Shown piece after piece: positions 38,380 to 50,699 of a DNA stretch of 64,000 nt. The DNA lies in contig NC_043010.1 in NCBI RefSeq assembly GCF_006345805.1, forward strand, positions 31,372,001 to 31,436,000. The letters run 5' to 3'. The translations under genes and the position numbers were made by a program. Position 1 is the first letter of the stretch. Each line of letters starts with the position of its first letter. The DNA is from Octopus sinensis (Eukaryota). The notes below the pieces were generated by a model. That model had not been told where the DNA came from and ran no database searches. It saw nothing but the letters and a program-made list of their open reading frames with translations.

Positions 38380-39884
38380 CTGTAGTGGTAGTCAAACATA
38401 ATGATGTAGCAGTAGTGGTGGCGCATGTAGTGTTTGAGGTGGCTGTAGTTATAGCAGTTGGTGGTAGTGGTAATGTAGTAGTAGGGGTGTGCATATTAGT
38501 GGTATTGGTGGCGGTAGTTGTGGTATGCAATAGTGATGTAAGGTGAGGTTATGGAATGTAGCTGTAGTGGTGGTGATATGTATTAATGGTGTGAGACAGT
38601 GTTATGATGGGGATTGTTGTTGTTTAAACCCAGGTTAATACTTAATAATCTCCCAGTTGCATTACTGAAGACTGAGTCTTTGCATTGACTTGTGCCCCAT
38701 TCCAAGCAAAAGTGTTAATCTTCAGTTCTTTCAATAGGATTTACCATTCAACCTTTCAGCAGAGGGTATCAGAACAGAATGATCTTCACAATGGATTTGG
38801 CTGATAGCTGGATCCATCTTACACAAGACAGCAGCTATTTGATGTACTTCATAGATCAGCAGTGTTCAGACATTATTGAAGTGTTATGCAGGACAGTTTC
38901 ATCATCAAACATGCATCTTGAACAGGTACAGTTGACCAGTATGTCTGTATTTGTAGAGTTTATCTCAAACCACCAATGCCTTTTTGCACTGCTAGACTAG
39001 GAATTTCTGGAAGTTGTCCATTTCTTAAGTTGAAAGTCTTCTAGAGACAGCCGAGTTCGTCTTTATTGTAAGCAAAACCTGGAAAAATGTTGTAGCTTAT
39101 ACTTGGCACTATAGAATTATAAAATTTGATATTCAACTGACTGGGGACAGAGAAAGCCTGACAACATTCCAGAAGATGCCAAGTGCCCAATCTTGGTTCT
39201 TTCTTTAACTCAGAACTACTCCATTAAAGTGATGAACTGTGGGTAAACATTCCTGACAAAGTGACCAACTTTGCTCACCATCAAATACAACATCAGCAAT
39301 TGCCAGATATTTTAAGTTATGGTCTACTAAACCAGTTACTCAAAAGGTGTTGGTAGCAGATGGACCAATGACAGAGACAGTGGAATACATCCACAATAGA
39401 AATATATAATCCTTTCTACTATAGCCACAAGGCCTGAAATTTGAGGGGAGGGGCAAGTCGATTACATCGACCCCAGTACATAACTGGTACTTATTTCATT
39501 GACCCCCACAAATGAGTGAAAAGCAAAATTCAGCAGAATTTGAATGCAGATAGATGAAATACCGCTAAGCATTTTGCCCAGTGTGCTAACAATTCTGCTA
39601 GTTTACCACCTTAAACAATAGAAACATATAATAATCCTTTCTACTACAGGCACAAGGCCTGAAACTTGGGGGGGGGTGTCAATTATATCGATCCCAGTGC
39701 ATAACTGGTGCTTATATAATTGACCCTGAAAGGGAAAAAGGCAAAGTTGACCTCAGTAGAATTTGAAATCAGACTGTAAAGATGGACAAAATGAAACTAA
39801 GCATCTTGCCTGTCATGCTAGCAATTCTGTCAGCTCACTACCTTGAACAATAGAAACATATAAATAATAATGAAAGTGTAATAC

Positions 39885-39958
39885 CTGCAAAAGTGGCCGA
39901 GGAACAGCAAGTTCTTTCAGGGTTTTGTGGTCAATGACATTCCGAAGGGCATCAAAAC
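39885..39958 (-). CDS. EXOC4: EXOC4 exon, (G)FDALRNVIDHKTLKELAVPRPLLQ
   Basis: Acceptor tattcag, donor gtatta, 74 nt, phase 1-0. Matches human DPLK...VQRPLLQ. Confidence 0.92.
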
Positions 39959-40038
39959 CTGAATACAAAAAAGTTAAAACTTCAAAATGAGAAAGATAAA
40001 CACAATGCTAGTGAAAATCATGTTTTTATGTATATATA

Positions 40039-40531
40039 CTAGCTTAAGGTGACCCGCTCTATGTGAGGTTGTGGTTATTACTTTCTGTTTCTTATCGCCA
40101 CATTCTCCCTCTTTGTTTCTCTCTCCTTTCTCATTTTCCCACTCTCTTACCCTTCCTTTCTCTCGGACTATCCCTTGCTTTCTCTTACTCATTATCTTTC
40201 TCTATCTCTATCTATCTCTCTGCCATTTATGAAAAATTAGATTTCCGCATTTAAATTACAAATCTGCTTCCACTTTACCATGTTTAAAATTTGATTGAAA
40301 TCGGGTAAAAGATGTCGAATTTAGACCCCCAAGTGCCCCCCAAAATCAATAAAATCCCAGTTTTCACGCCAAAGCAACCACTGTAGCACCCCAAAATGTC
40401 TCACAATCAATTTCCCACCTCAAGTTACCCCCTGTTGTAAATTTTAATCCCCTTTCAGCCCCATTTAGACCCCTTTTTACATAAAAATCCAATTTGTATC
40501 AACGTTCGCCTTCTTCATTTTATAGATTAGA
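40039..40531 (-). mobile_element. Non-autonomous Helitron
   Basis: On minus: 5' TC(taatctataaaa), subterminal GC-rich hairpin-like segment, 3' CTAG followed by T. Confidence 0.65.
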
Positions 40532-40763
40532 CAGATATACCGGGCCTTGCTAGGAATTAAAATAGTTTATTATTGTTTTACTTGTTTCGGCATTATAATC
40601 CGATTTCATTCGGGTCTACGCGGACCACATTTTAAAAGATGAGGAATTTTGCCCTAGAGACGATGCTTTTCATTTGAGCAGACTGAAAGTTGCCATGCAA
40701 ACTCGCGAGCACTTTTAACATAAGTTTGCATATTTCCAGCTGAATCCGATCACATATGCACAC

Positions 40764-40804
<41 letters not shown>

Positions 40805-40877
40805 GCATTAAATATGTACATATACATGCATTATATATACATGTCTACATATATATATATACGCACATATATACAAG

Positions 40878-40919
<42 letters not shown>

Positions 40920-41135
40920 ACACATTATATATATATTTATATACACACATATATATATATATAAATTAACACAATATATCTGATTAATAACATCTGTTAT
41001 GATTGTGCGATGGTGGTGAGCGATAATAATTCACCGTTCTAAAATACGGGTATATATATACATATGTGTGTGTGTGTATATATCTATATATGAATAAATG
41101 AAAGAATGGAGTCGAACGAAGATGTTAACAAAATT

Positions 41136-41228
41136 CCTTTACTCTCGACATATGTTTCGAAGACCACATGATTTCATTCCAAAGGAATAAAGGGTGTATG
41201 ATGCAATCTTCTCATCAGGAAAGAAAGG
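41136..41228 (-). ncRNA. Type I hammerhead ribozyme, PLE-like, canonical core
   Basis: Minus strand reads CCUUUCUUUC-CUGAUGA-GAAGA...UCUUC-GAA-ACAUAUGU-C-GAGAGUAAAGG. Helix I is 10 bp with a 1-nt bulge, helix II up to 11 bp, helix III palindromic, GUC site. Confidence 0.8.
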
Positions 41229-42492
41229 GAGCCTCTCTTGGCAACAAGACAAACAAAAATTTCGATGACTGCCTACATGGTAAACAAAACGACAATAATT
41301 CTCGCCTTCAACTCAAAATATTCTGAGATGTATAAACTATCCATTTTTTCTGTAAATATTACAAATTTTCTCACCAAACTATTGCACTTCCTTATGTCTT
41401 TAACATGTCCTTCTACCAAAGACTGTATATATATACATGTAATGTGACAATTTGCGACAACCAATAATTAACGCAACCAAATTTCCAATAATATATTTGT
41501 TTTATTCTATTCTGCCAATTTTTCCAAATATTCTCATCACACTATTGAACTTCTCTGTTACCAAACACTATATTTATACATGTAATGTGACAATTATGTA
41601 TAAAAAAACATTTTTGAATTCATAATATTCAATGTGACAATTATGTAAAAAACTTTTTTGAACCCATATTATTCAATGTTACTTTTGACAATCTTTTACC
41701 AAAGAGTGAAACCGGTTAAGTAAATAAACATCTTTTAAATTGCATTTTCAAACCTTCTTTCGTATATAATTCCACTCGTGCGATACCCCACAACTCAACT
41801 TTTATATATATATATATATATATATATACGTATATACACTGCATGTATATCAGTTACAGAATATATACAATGCATCCCTGTGTTGAAAGAAACAACTGAA
41901 GGATAACCAAGCATAAAACACTGCCTTAGAAAACCTATCCAATCCATACCAGCATAAAAAAGTGGACATATGATGATGACATAATTTTTATATTCATGTT
42001 AGAAATCATTAACATTGGTGGAATACCAAGTAAAATGTACTTAGTAATGTTTTGTTACATTCTGACTTTCAGTCCTGTCAAGATCAATAATGACTTTCAA
42101 CCTTATAAAGTCAATAAAATATAACCCATTCCACTGATATACAGCCATTTACCTCATCAAATGTCCACTATCACAAAAATTTCTGGTCTTGTGCCTATAG
42201 AAAATTCAGAATGGACTGCTGTGAAATTTACATTGTGAATTCAAATCCAATCAAGATCAGCTCTACCATTTATTAGTCCAATGTTTGAAACAAAACTGGA
42301 GTCAATTTTGTTAACTTCTCTTATAAATTTGTGGTCTAGTTAAAAGTTAGCCAAATTACTATTATTTCATGATCTCTATTCCTGATAATGTTGCACTGGG
42401 TGACCTTCAAGAATTACCTAGAAAATGCATATGTATGTTCCAGTAGGTGAGAAGAAAAAGAGACAGAAAGATGAAAAATGGCATCTAATTAC

Positions 42493-42593
42493 CTTTTGTT
42501 GCAGAAGAAATGCTACTGGAGACATTATAGTGGACTTGGTAGAGGAAGATGTTCTTAACAAACTCTGTAACAAATGCTTGCAGACTTGACGAA
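42493..42593 (-). CDS. EXOC4: EXOC4 exon, SSSLQAFVTEFVKNIFLYQVHYNVSSSISSATK
   Basis: Acceptor tttttag, donor gtaatt, 101 nt, phase 2-1. Matches human LREFLTVYIKNIFLNQV. Confidence 0.9.
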
Positions 42594-42767
42594 CTAAAAA
42601 TAAGAAGGTACATGTACACATACAAATAGGCACAGTACAACTTTGTCTATAATACACATACAAATAATTCCATGCCATTTTAACAATCTTCTCTGTTGAC
42701 AGGAGAGTTGGGCCTGGCAACCTCATTAGTGCTGGTGGTGACTGTTGTGAAAGTATAGTATCTAAAT

Positions 42768-44115
42768 CAGGGGTCGCCAAACTTTTTCAACCATCAGTCC
42801 CCATTAACCACTTCTCCTTCTGCATTGACCCCCCCCCCTTCCTTTAGCCACTTCTTCTGCATTGATCAACCTCCTCATTTAAAATACCTTAAAACCCTAC
42901 CCTACCATATCTTACATGCATACTGGGTACTGATACTGGCAATTAAAATGTTAGCTAAAATATACATGTACGACAAATTAAGAAATTCTATTGCAGATGA
43001 CTCACTTTTTACATTTAAAACTACATGCATGAATATACAGTATTAAACTTGTCAGGCCCAATTACTTGTTTTCTTCCCTTACCACTTTTTCCCATACTAC
43101 TACTTTCTTCCTAAGCCATACATTACAAGCCCATATCTGCACAGTCAACATCAAGTGTTGTTAATGCTCAGTTGTGTCATTTCATATGTAAAACCAAATA
43201 TCCTCTCATCTAACCAAACTATCACTCTTTCATATGTGTATTATATTTAGAACATCACATTTTCAGCCATACCACAACAATTGTCTCTCCAGCTCATACC
43301 CAACTTCTCTCTTGTTACTTGTACACTTGTGTTCTTTTACAAATTAACATTAAACCTTTAACTCTTGCAAAGAAACAAACTCTGTTGCCAATAGTTCTGC
43401 TTGTTTAAATATTACAGTTAAGGCCAACAACAGAGGTAAACACCTTCCTTACTTTAGATCAGGGGTTGCCAAAGGGGATCCGAGGGACACCCTAGGGGTC
43501 AGTGAGCAATTACAAGGGGTCAATGATAGCCAAGGGGTCGAACAGGGGTCAGCATGTGAAAGACTATCTCACCCAGATGAACTGCTTGAAATACTTAGTT
43601 AGCGCCATGAAACATGAGAAAACATGGTAAATTTTCACTGCAGCGAGAAGTCTGCTTTTGCTAACATTTGAGGCATGATGTCATATTCAGTATCATAATG
43701 GAAGATTGAGAGTTGTGATGATTGAGGGAATGTGGACTGTCAAGTGTTTACTTATAGAAATTGCCTGAACTTGGAGGAATGAGGTGATTTGAGATTAAAC
43801 CTGACTGACCTTCAGCCTGATATCAATGCCTTGACTCAGGATCACCATGCTCATACCTCACATTGATGTAGTCAATTTCAATAAAAGATATTCCAGCAAT
43901 ATGATGTGTTTTTGATATTTTCTAACCATGAAAACAATTTCATAAAAATTGAAAGTTTAATACTGTATATTCATGCAACTAGTTTTAAATGTAAAAAGTG
44001 AGTCATCTACAATAGAATTTCTTAATTTGTCGTACATGTATATTTTAGCTAACATTTTAATTGCCAGTATCAGTACCCAGTATGCATGTAAGATATGGTA
44101 GGGTAGGGTTTTAAG
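42768..44115. mobile_element. Two oppositely oriented pieces of a Buster-like hAT element
   Basis: CAGGGGTYGCCAAA termini at 42768 and 43460. C-terminus LRLNLTDLQPDINALTQDHHAHTSH*. ~163-bp inverted duplicate (42888-43050 / 43953-44115). Confidence 0.75.
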
Positions 44116-44429
44116 ATCATAGGCGTTTCAAGATCAGTGAAATCGATACCATTAATGTTTTTCTTTAACTATCTCAAGCTTAAGACTGCAAGAAAAACAT
44201 GGAGAATGAAAATTCCAGGTAACTAACATTCTGAAGAGACAGGACTAGTGGGTCCGGGGAGGTTAAATACAATATAAGTGATGAGAGGAGAGATGAGTGA
44301 CTCAGTGTTCCATTGTAGGAAATGGTACAAGACCAGCCAACTGTGAGGAGCAGAGGCCACTAGTAATGGTAGAAAAGACAGAGAAAAGTGACATAATGAC
44401 AAACAGTCAAATGGATTTTATCAACTTAC

Positions 44430-44493
44430 CCTGGAGCACAGGCCATCGCAGTTTCAATTTCCTTGATGAAATTTTCCAGTGTTGTAAAAATGG
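44430..44493 (-). CDS. EXOC4: EXOC4 exon, (A)IFTTLENFIKEIETAMACAP(G)
   Basis: Acceptor ttgtag, donor gtaagt, 64 nt, phase 1-2. Matches human VIFHPLLRFIQEIEHAL. Confidence 0.9.
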
Positions 44494-44727
44494 CTACAAT
44501 ATACCAAGAAAAATAGTGACAAAACACATTAACAAAGATAATTATTGTTTGGAAGTTTATTATTATTATCCAAGTGGCAAAGGTGGCAAGCTGGCAGAAT
44601 CATTAACACACTGGGGAAAAATGCTTAGTGACATTTCATCTGTTTTTCACATTCTGAGTTCAAATTCCACTAAGGTTGACTTAGTCTTTCATCCTTTCAG
44701 GATCAATGAAATAATCTGGTTTGGAGC

Positions 44728-46744
44728 TTAGACAAATAAGTCTTGCAAACTACCAACCCTGGAGCAACCAACATAAAGCTGACCATGAGAAAAGCAAGGC
44801 TCAATTAAGTGCAAGCTAGTAAATTTCAAAGTCTGATCTTGAGCTTTATTAATAGACATTACGAAGCAAACTTGCACAGGGAATTGTGTTTGTTTGAACT
44901 GAAACAGCATGTCTGTTGGCTTTTGGAATTAAAATTTCCTCCCCAGAGGCACATCCACTGATGATGGTAGCTTCTATCTCATTAAGAGGTAATGTCTTTA
45001 CAATCAACATTGTCCCACTGCATAATTTAGGGGGATCTAAATTTCTTAGAAGCATTATTAGGACTCCTACCTTCAGAAAAAGTTTATGTGGAGGAATTCC
45101 AGGTGGCTCAAGAGAATTAAGAAACTCTGTTGGGTAATGAACAGCATGATTTTCATCAAGGACTGAATCAGCTGATTTGTACTCCTTAATAACTTTTGGA
45201 ATCTTATTCATTAATTCATGGTTAATCCTTGCTACTGTCTCGTTTTTGGAATTGAGAATTGCCCTTTCACACAACCATTTATGTGAATGGTACATCAACA
45301 TCAAAAAATCAAATGGAAATTGTAGTTGTGATACCTGTGCTGGTGGCACATAAAAAACACCATCCGAACGTGGCTGATGCCAGCGCTGCTTTGACTGGCT
45401 TCAATACTGGTGACACGTAAAAAGCACCAACCAATTGTGGGCATTGCCAGCCTCGCCTGGTACCTGTGCCAGTGGCATGTAAAAAGCATCCACTACACTC
45501 AGAGTGGTTGGCGTTAGGAAGGGCATCCAGCTGTAGAAACACTGCCAGATCAGACTGGAGCCTGGTGCAGCCTCCTGGCTTCCCAGACCCCGGTCGAACC
45601 GTCCAACCCATGCTAGCATGGAAAACGGACATTAAACGATGATGATGATGATCATCATCATCATCATTATTACTTAAGTCTGAAAATATCCTGTTCTTCA
45701 ATTCAGCTGGGGAATTCACCATGATAGCAATATGAGCCAAACTAATATCACTATTCCCATCAAATGCTACTTTCCCATTTCCTATTTGGAGGAGCCAGGT
45801 TGGAAACTGTTCTGCACATTGGTCCCCATGTTATAAAGCTCACACATTAGTATTGAGGGAGAATTTCTATACTCCATAGGTGTGAATACTTAATGCATGC
45901 TTTTATTTCATCAGATCTTGTTTATCTCAGAATGAATGGTAATATCTGTCTGAAGTCTCCTGATAAAACTAATGTAACTCCTCCCATAGATTTATTGTTG
46001 CCCCTTATGTCCTGTAAGGTCTTAACAAGAGCTTCCATTGCACCTCTATGTGACATGGTGCATTCATCCCAAATGACCAGGCGGCATTGGCACAACACTT
46101 CTGCTGAACCTGAACCTTATGTTACAAATTGAACAATCATTTGTGACCGGGTTTAGCAGTAATTTAAAAGCAGAATGAGCTGTTCATCCTGTTGGGAGAA
46201 TGGTGGCAGCAAAGACAGATGATGCTACAGCAACTGCAATTCTTTTTTGTTGCCTTACCTTGAAGGGAAGCAATGTTGGTACAAATGTTTTAACTGTGCC
46301 ACCAGGAGCATGAAGAAATAAAATTCTTCTACTTTCTTCTCTGACTGACAAAATAATTTTATTATATGTACAGCATTGTTTCAGAAGAAGTTTAGGTTCA
46401 TGTTCATTCACAGATGCAGCCAATTCTGTGATGTCATAATTTGTCTCTCTTGCTATGTCTAATTTGACAGTTTGTTTTTGGTAGTCCAGAGCCAGACTCA
46501 TGCAAATATTTGCCTTAAGGCAGAATTGAAAAAAAGATGTTGCAAGTGAGATAGCAACTACAGTGGTGTTCAGACACTGGAAGTGGAAAAACTGTGAAAC
46601 GTATTGTTGTGTAACCTCTTCAAAATCACATTTAATCAGGTAGACTTCGCTGTAACTTAAATAGAGCTGATCAAATGTGTATAGAACAACCACCAAGTCA
46701 TGTAACCTGTAACGTACACTGTGTTCTGGACCCATGCAACACAC
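44728..46744 (-). mobile_element. Helitron RepHel remnant (PIF1 helicase domain)
   Basis: GGTVKTF (Walker A-like), IWDECTM, GDFRQIL, EFLNSLEPPGIPPH, QFPVQVCFVMSINKAQ, FSHGQLYV. Frameshifted. Confidence 0.92.
45300..45665 (+). mobile_element. Family-B copy nested in the Helitron remnant
   Basis: Same body and ...catgctagcatggaaaacggacattaaacgatgatg tail. Splits the helicase homology. Confidence 0.85.
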
Positions 46745-46792
46745 TCTACAGTGTAAATGTGCAAGTGAAATGAGAAAAATAAAATATCAAAC

Positions 46793-46877
46793 CTGTAATG
46801 TTGTGGGCTCCAGGCTTGCAAACAAACTGGTGTTTAGCATTTTCCATCAGGCCATCTGTTCCACCAATTAATTCAGT
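46793..46877 (-). CDS. EXOC4: EXOC4 exon, TELIGGTDGLMENAKHQFVCKPGAHNIT
   Basis: Acceptor tttgtag, donor gtttga, 85 nt, phase 0-1. Matches human ELQGG...KFVCKPGARNIT. Confidence 0.9.
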
Positions 46878-47119
46878 CTACAAATATACAGATTCAAATT
46901 AACTAATCCAGGATAATATATATTATGAAGCAACTGGTTAGTTAATATACACAGAAAGTAATAACATCAGGTTAATTAAAATATATTACAGGAGATTAAT
47001 GACAAAAACCTTTCATGCCCAGCTACTAAACATCACATATCAGCAACAGCAATGTCTTAATGAGTGTTTACAAACCCTCTAAGGACATAAACATTGGACT
47101 GAAGAGCAATGGGGCCAAG

Positions 47120-47508
47120 ATATGCTTTCTGATGAATCAATACTGCAGCAGGTTTTAGTATGCCAGCATCATGTCAGAAGGCCAAAAACCAACACAGCAT
47201 TGCTTCTGCACCTGCCCTATTCACCAGATTTAGCACCTGTGGACTTCCATCTTTTCCCCAAGATGAAAATGAAGCTTAAAGGTTGCCGTTTTAGCACCAT
47301 TGGCAAGATAAAGTGTAAATAGTAGAAGGTCCTTGTACTGTTTACAAAAAATGACTTCCCAGCTGGATTCCAAAAGTAGCAGGAACACAGGGACTGGTGT
47401 ATTGCTGTGTAAGGGGACTATTTCGAAGGAGATTATGTTAAAACTTAGGTAAATAAAATATTTTTTTATTAAACATAACTAGTCTAGGAACTTTTCGATA
47501 CCATCTTG
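47120..47508 (+). mobile_element. Mariner 3' fragment
   Basis: HLPYSPDLAPVDFHLFPKMK. Ends ...gaacttttcgataccatcttg|ta. Confidence 0.8.
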
Positions 47509-47798
47509 TATGATATAAATTTACAATTGAATCTGTGATAGTAAATTATTCTATCTTAAATTAAAGAGTAACTTTCCCTAGAAAAGCCTAGCATCTACTC
47601 ACTATAACCTAAGGATGGAGCTTCACTGAAAATGTAGGATTTAGTGGTTTTGCTCAACCACCAATGCCATTACCTATTTTCTCACCAATAACCTAAGGAA
47701 ATGGTAGATCAAACCATACCACCCAATTCTCTTATAATATTTGTTTAACACGATGCAAAGATAGAAAAGGGAGAGTAAAAAGTTACAGTAGTACTCAC

Positions 47799-47870
47799 AG
47801 GTCTGTGGTCTTCAATGTAACTATTGGTACTCAAAGCATGGATGGAGGCATCGAAGCGGAACAATGGCAA
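47799..47870 (-). CDS. EXOC4: EXOC4 exon, LPLFRFDASIHALSTNSYIEDHRP
   Basis: Acceptor ttttcag, donor gtgagt, 72 nt, phase 0-0. Matches human SLFKFESSSHAISMSAYL. Confidence 0.92.
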
Positions 47871-48829
47871 CTGAAAATAGAAACAATTTACAGTCATGTA
47901 TGTATTTGTACACATGCATATATGCATATATACAAACATGTCAAATAAATATTTTTTTAACGCTGAAACAATGCAAAATGAATTACAAAAGTGAAGACAA
48001 TACTTGAATTTTTGCATTGTATTTGTATTTCTTTGACATTTCAAGGTTAGGATCTTTTCATCGGGTGATGGAATAAAGTTATTATTGTTGCTCGGATATG
48101 TGAGAGGGAGTATAACATGTGCAAACTGGTGTTGTTGTAATAACGAGTTTGCTTCATGTAGTTCTTGTCTGTTGCCAATTAATAAGTTGAAACCAACATT
48201 AAAAAAAAAAGATAAAAACTACACAAAGCAGACTGGCTATTATGACAACACCAGTCAGTGCATGTCACTACCTTCTCCTGCATATGTGAGCAATGAAAAT
48301 AACTTTATTCCATCTTGTACTGGAGGAGTCCAACACCCAAGATTATTGAAGACATACAAAGTAATACTTTAACTATTGTCTCATTTTCACATTTGTAGTT
48401 TACTTTTGTATTTCATTTTGCATTGTTTTGGCTTTTCCAAGTTTTTATCTAATTTAATATTACACATTGCTTCACCCAAACTACTCTATTCTAATACATA
48501 CATGCCTGCACAAAGACACATGTACATATAAGTATCAAACACACCCACACGTACACACACAACCTTCACACAGACAAGCATACACACTACCATATACATA
48601 ATACTACAAACCATCTCTCTCTCTCTTCAAACACACACACACCATCATCACCACTATCACAATCACTAAACATATATGAAAGCAATAAATCATGTCTTTC
48701 ACAACCTTCAGTTTCATTGATACATTTAAAAGTAAATTTCAAAGTCATTGAATAAAAAGCAAAACTGTTCCCTTAGCAGAAAATCTATCACTAATACACA
48801 AAAGTAGGATAAACAGATCTGCAGCTTAC

Positions 48830-48967
48830 CTTTTTGGGTTTGGTAGGTTTCTTCTTGGAGAAATACATACCAATATCAGTGTTTGGCTCATCAAAATTGC
48901 TGGGGGCATTCTGCCGAGACGATGCACTGTTCTGAATGTCAAGATAGTCGCTTAGCAACAGTTGTAA
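48830..48967 (-). CDS. EXOC4: EXOC4 exon, LQLLLSDYLDIQNSAS...FSKKKPTKPKK
   Basis: Acceptor ttacag, donor gtaagc, 138 nt, phase 0-0. Matches human LQMLLTEYLD...FFAKKKPQRPK. Confidence 0.93.
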
Positions 48968-49183
48968 CTGTAACAAAGAATTTTTTTAAAGAAGTAGGTA
49001 TGGCTATATATTTAATGAGATTGCTTCACAATCATATGGTTCTAGGTTTGATCCTACTACACAAGTGTCTCTTTCAAATTGGGTTCTAAGGCACCTTTCC
49101 TCAGACACCTACTATTTTCATTCCATTTCTAGATTTTACCTTCCTCTACAATAACCTTCAACCATATCTTCAAATTCAGAATC

Positions 49184-49721
49184 AAACATAAGATGATGAT
49201 GATTGACTGTTCAAACTGATAGAAACGTATGATGTAGATGTAAATATTCTAAAATAATATTTCGCTTTGGATTTGGTTTGCAAGATTCTTTATATGAGTT
49301 CGTGTATTGAAGCATATTCTGTTGTGTTTGGGGAGAGTAATTTTCTTTTTGTGCCTTATAATGTAACACACTCACCGGTAAAATTTCCACTTATTTCTTA
49401 TTTTTATTTTACTAACATTTTCATTGCGAAAATAAAAGTAAGAAATAAGTGGAATGAAAAGGTTGCAAGATGCAACGAAAAAATTTTAGGAAAATAAAAA
49501 TAAGGAATGAGTGGAAATTTTACCGGTGAGTGTGTTACATTATAAGGCACAAAAAGAAAATTACTCTCCCCACACACAACAGAATATGCTTCAACACACG
49601 AAAGGAAGCATATAAAGGATCTTGCAAACCAAATCCAAAACGAAATATTATTTTAGAATATTTACATCTACATCATACGTTTCTGTCAGTTTGAACAATC
49701 AATCATCATCATCTTATTTTT
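49184..49721. repeat. Foldback element, arms ~228 bp, spacer ~80 bp
   Basis: 49184-49410 is the reverse complement of 49491-49721 with scattered mismatches. Confidence 0.85.
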
Positions 49722-50699
49722 GGACAGTGCATGTTTAGATTACCTACTTCCTATCACACTCCACTATCACTTAAAAATTCTTGCCAATTACAAACACTCT
49801 TTCTCTCTTAACAAGGTGAAGTTAATAGTTCAAAAATTAATATTTTATTATCAAGAACAAGTCATGTTAGCCATTCTAGTATTTAATAAAGAGGATATTT
49901 ACAATGAAGAAGAACACTAAATTGATGCACTGAATTGAGGTTAATTTGAAAAGTCAGAGATTTTGTGCAGGTGTAATGTGCAAATACTTTTATTCTATTA
50001 CTAGCTTTATTCACTGCACTTCAGTCATGCTGGGGCACCAGTTAATCATATCAATCCCAGTATTGCTAGATTACAATTTTAACGAAGCAATGTAATTTGA
50101 TACACTTGTTTACACTAGCAAACATAAACACAGGCATATGAATATACATATATATATGATGAGCTTCCAAAGTTTCAGTCTACTAAATTCTATTGGTCAA
50201 TTTGAGGTTACAGTTAAAGACATATACACAATAGGATCAAACCTACAACTACACAATGAGGAAGTGAATTTCTTAACCACATAACTACTTTTTATAGCTT
50301 AGTCAGTAGTAGTAGTAGTACATACATATACACTTTCTTTGTTATCTACTTCCTCAGTAGCACATATATAAACACTTCTTATTGTTACCTACTTAGTAAT
50401 ACATACATACACACACACACGTCTTTTGTTATCACTTGATCAGTAGTACATGTACACTTCCTTTGTTACATACATGGTCAGTAGTATATACATAGTTGTC
50501 ACAGACAGACTTTCACCCCCTTGTTCTTTGTTTTTGTACAAGATGATGATGACTGACATCACAAAAATCCTTGGTAACTTGCTTGTGGAGTCTAGAGTGG
50601 AGTGCCAGACCACCAACCTTCCAGGTCTCAGGTGGGAGTCTGTCCACTTTTACTGACAACCAAAGTTGTCTGTTGGACAGAAAATTTTGTTCTGCTCTG

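Noticed and set aside
38380-38620. Thr-rich ORF extending exon 38241-38379
   Set aside because: This is an intronic (GTA/GTG)n low-complexity tract upstream of the true acceptor.
46856-46858. Alternative acceptor giving a 63-nt exon
   Set aside because: It requires phase 1 but the upstream exon ends in phase 0. The acceptor at 46878 restores frame and homology.
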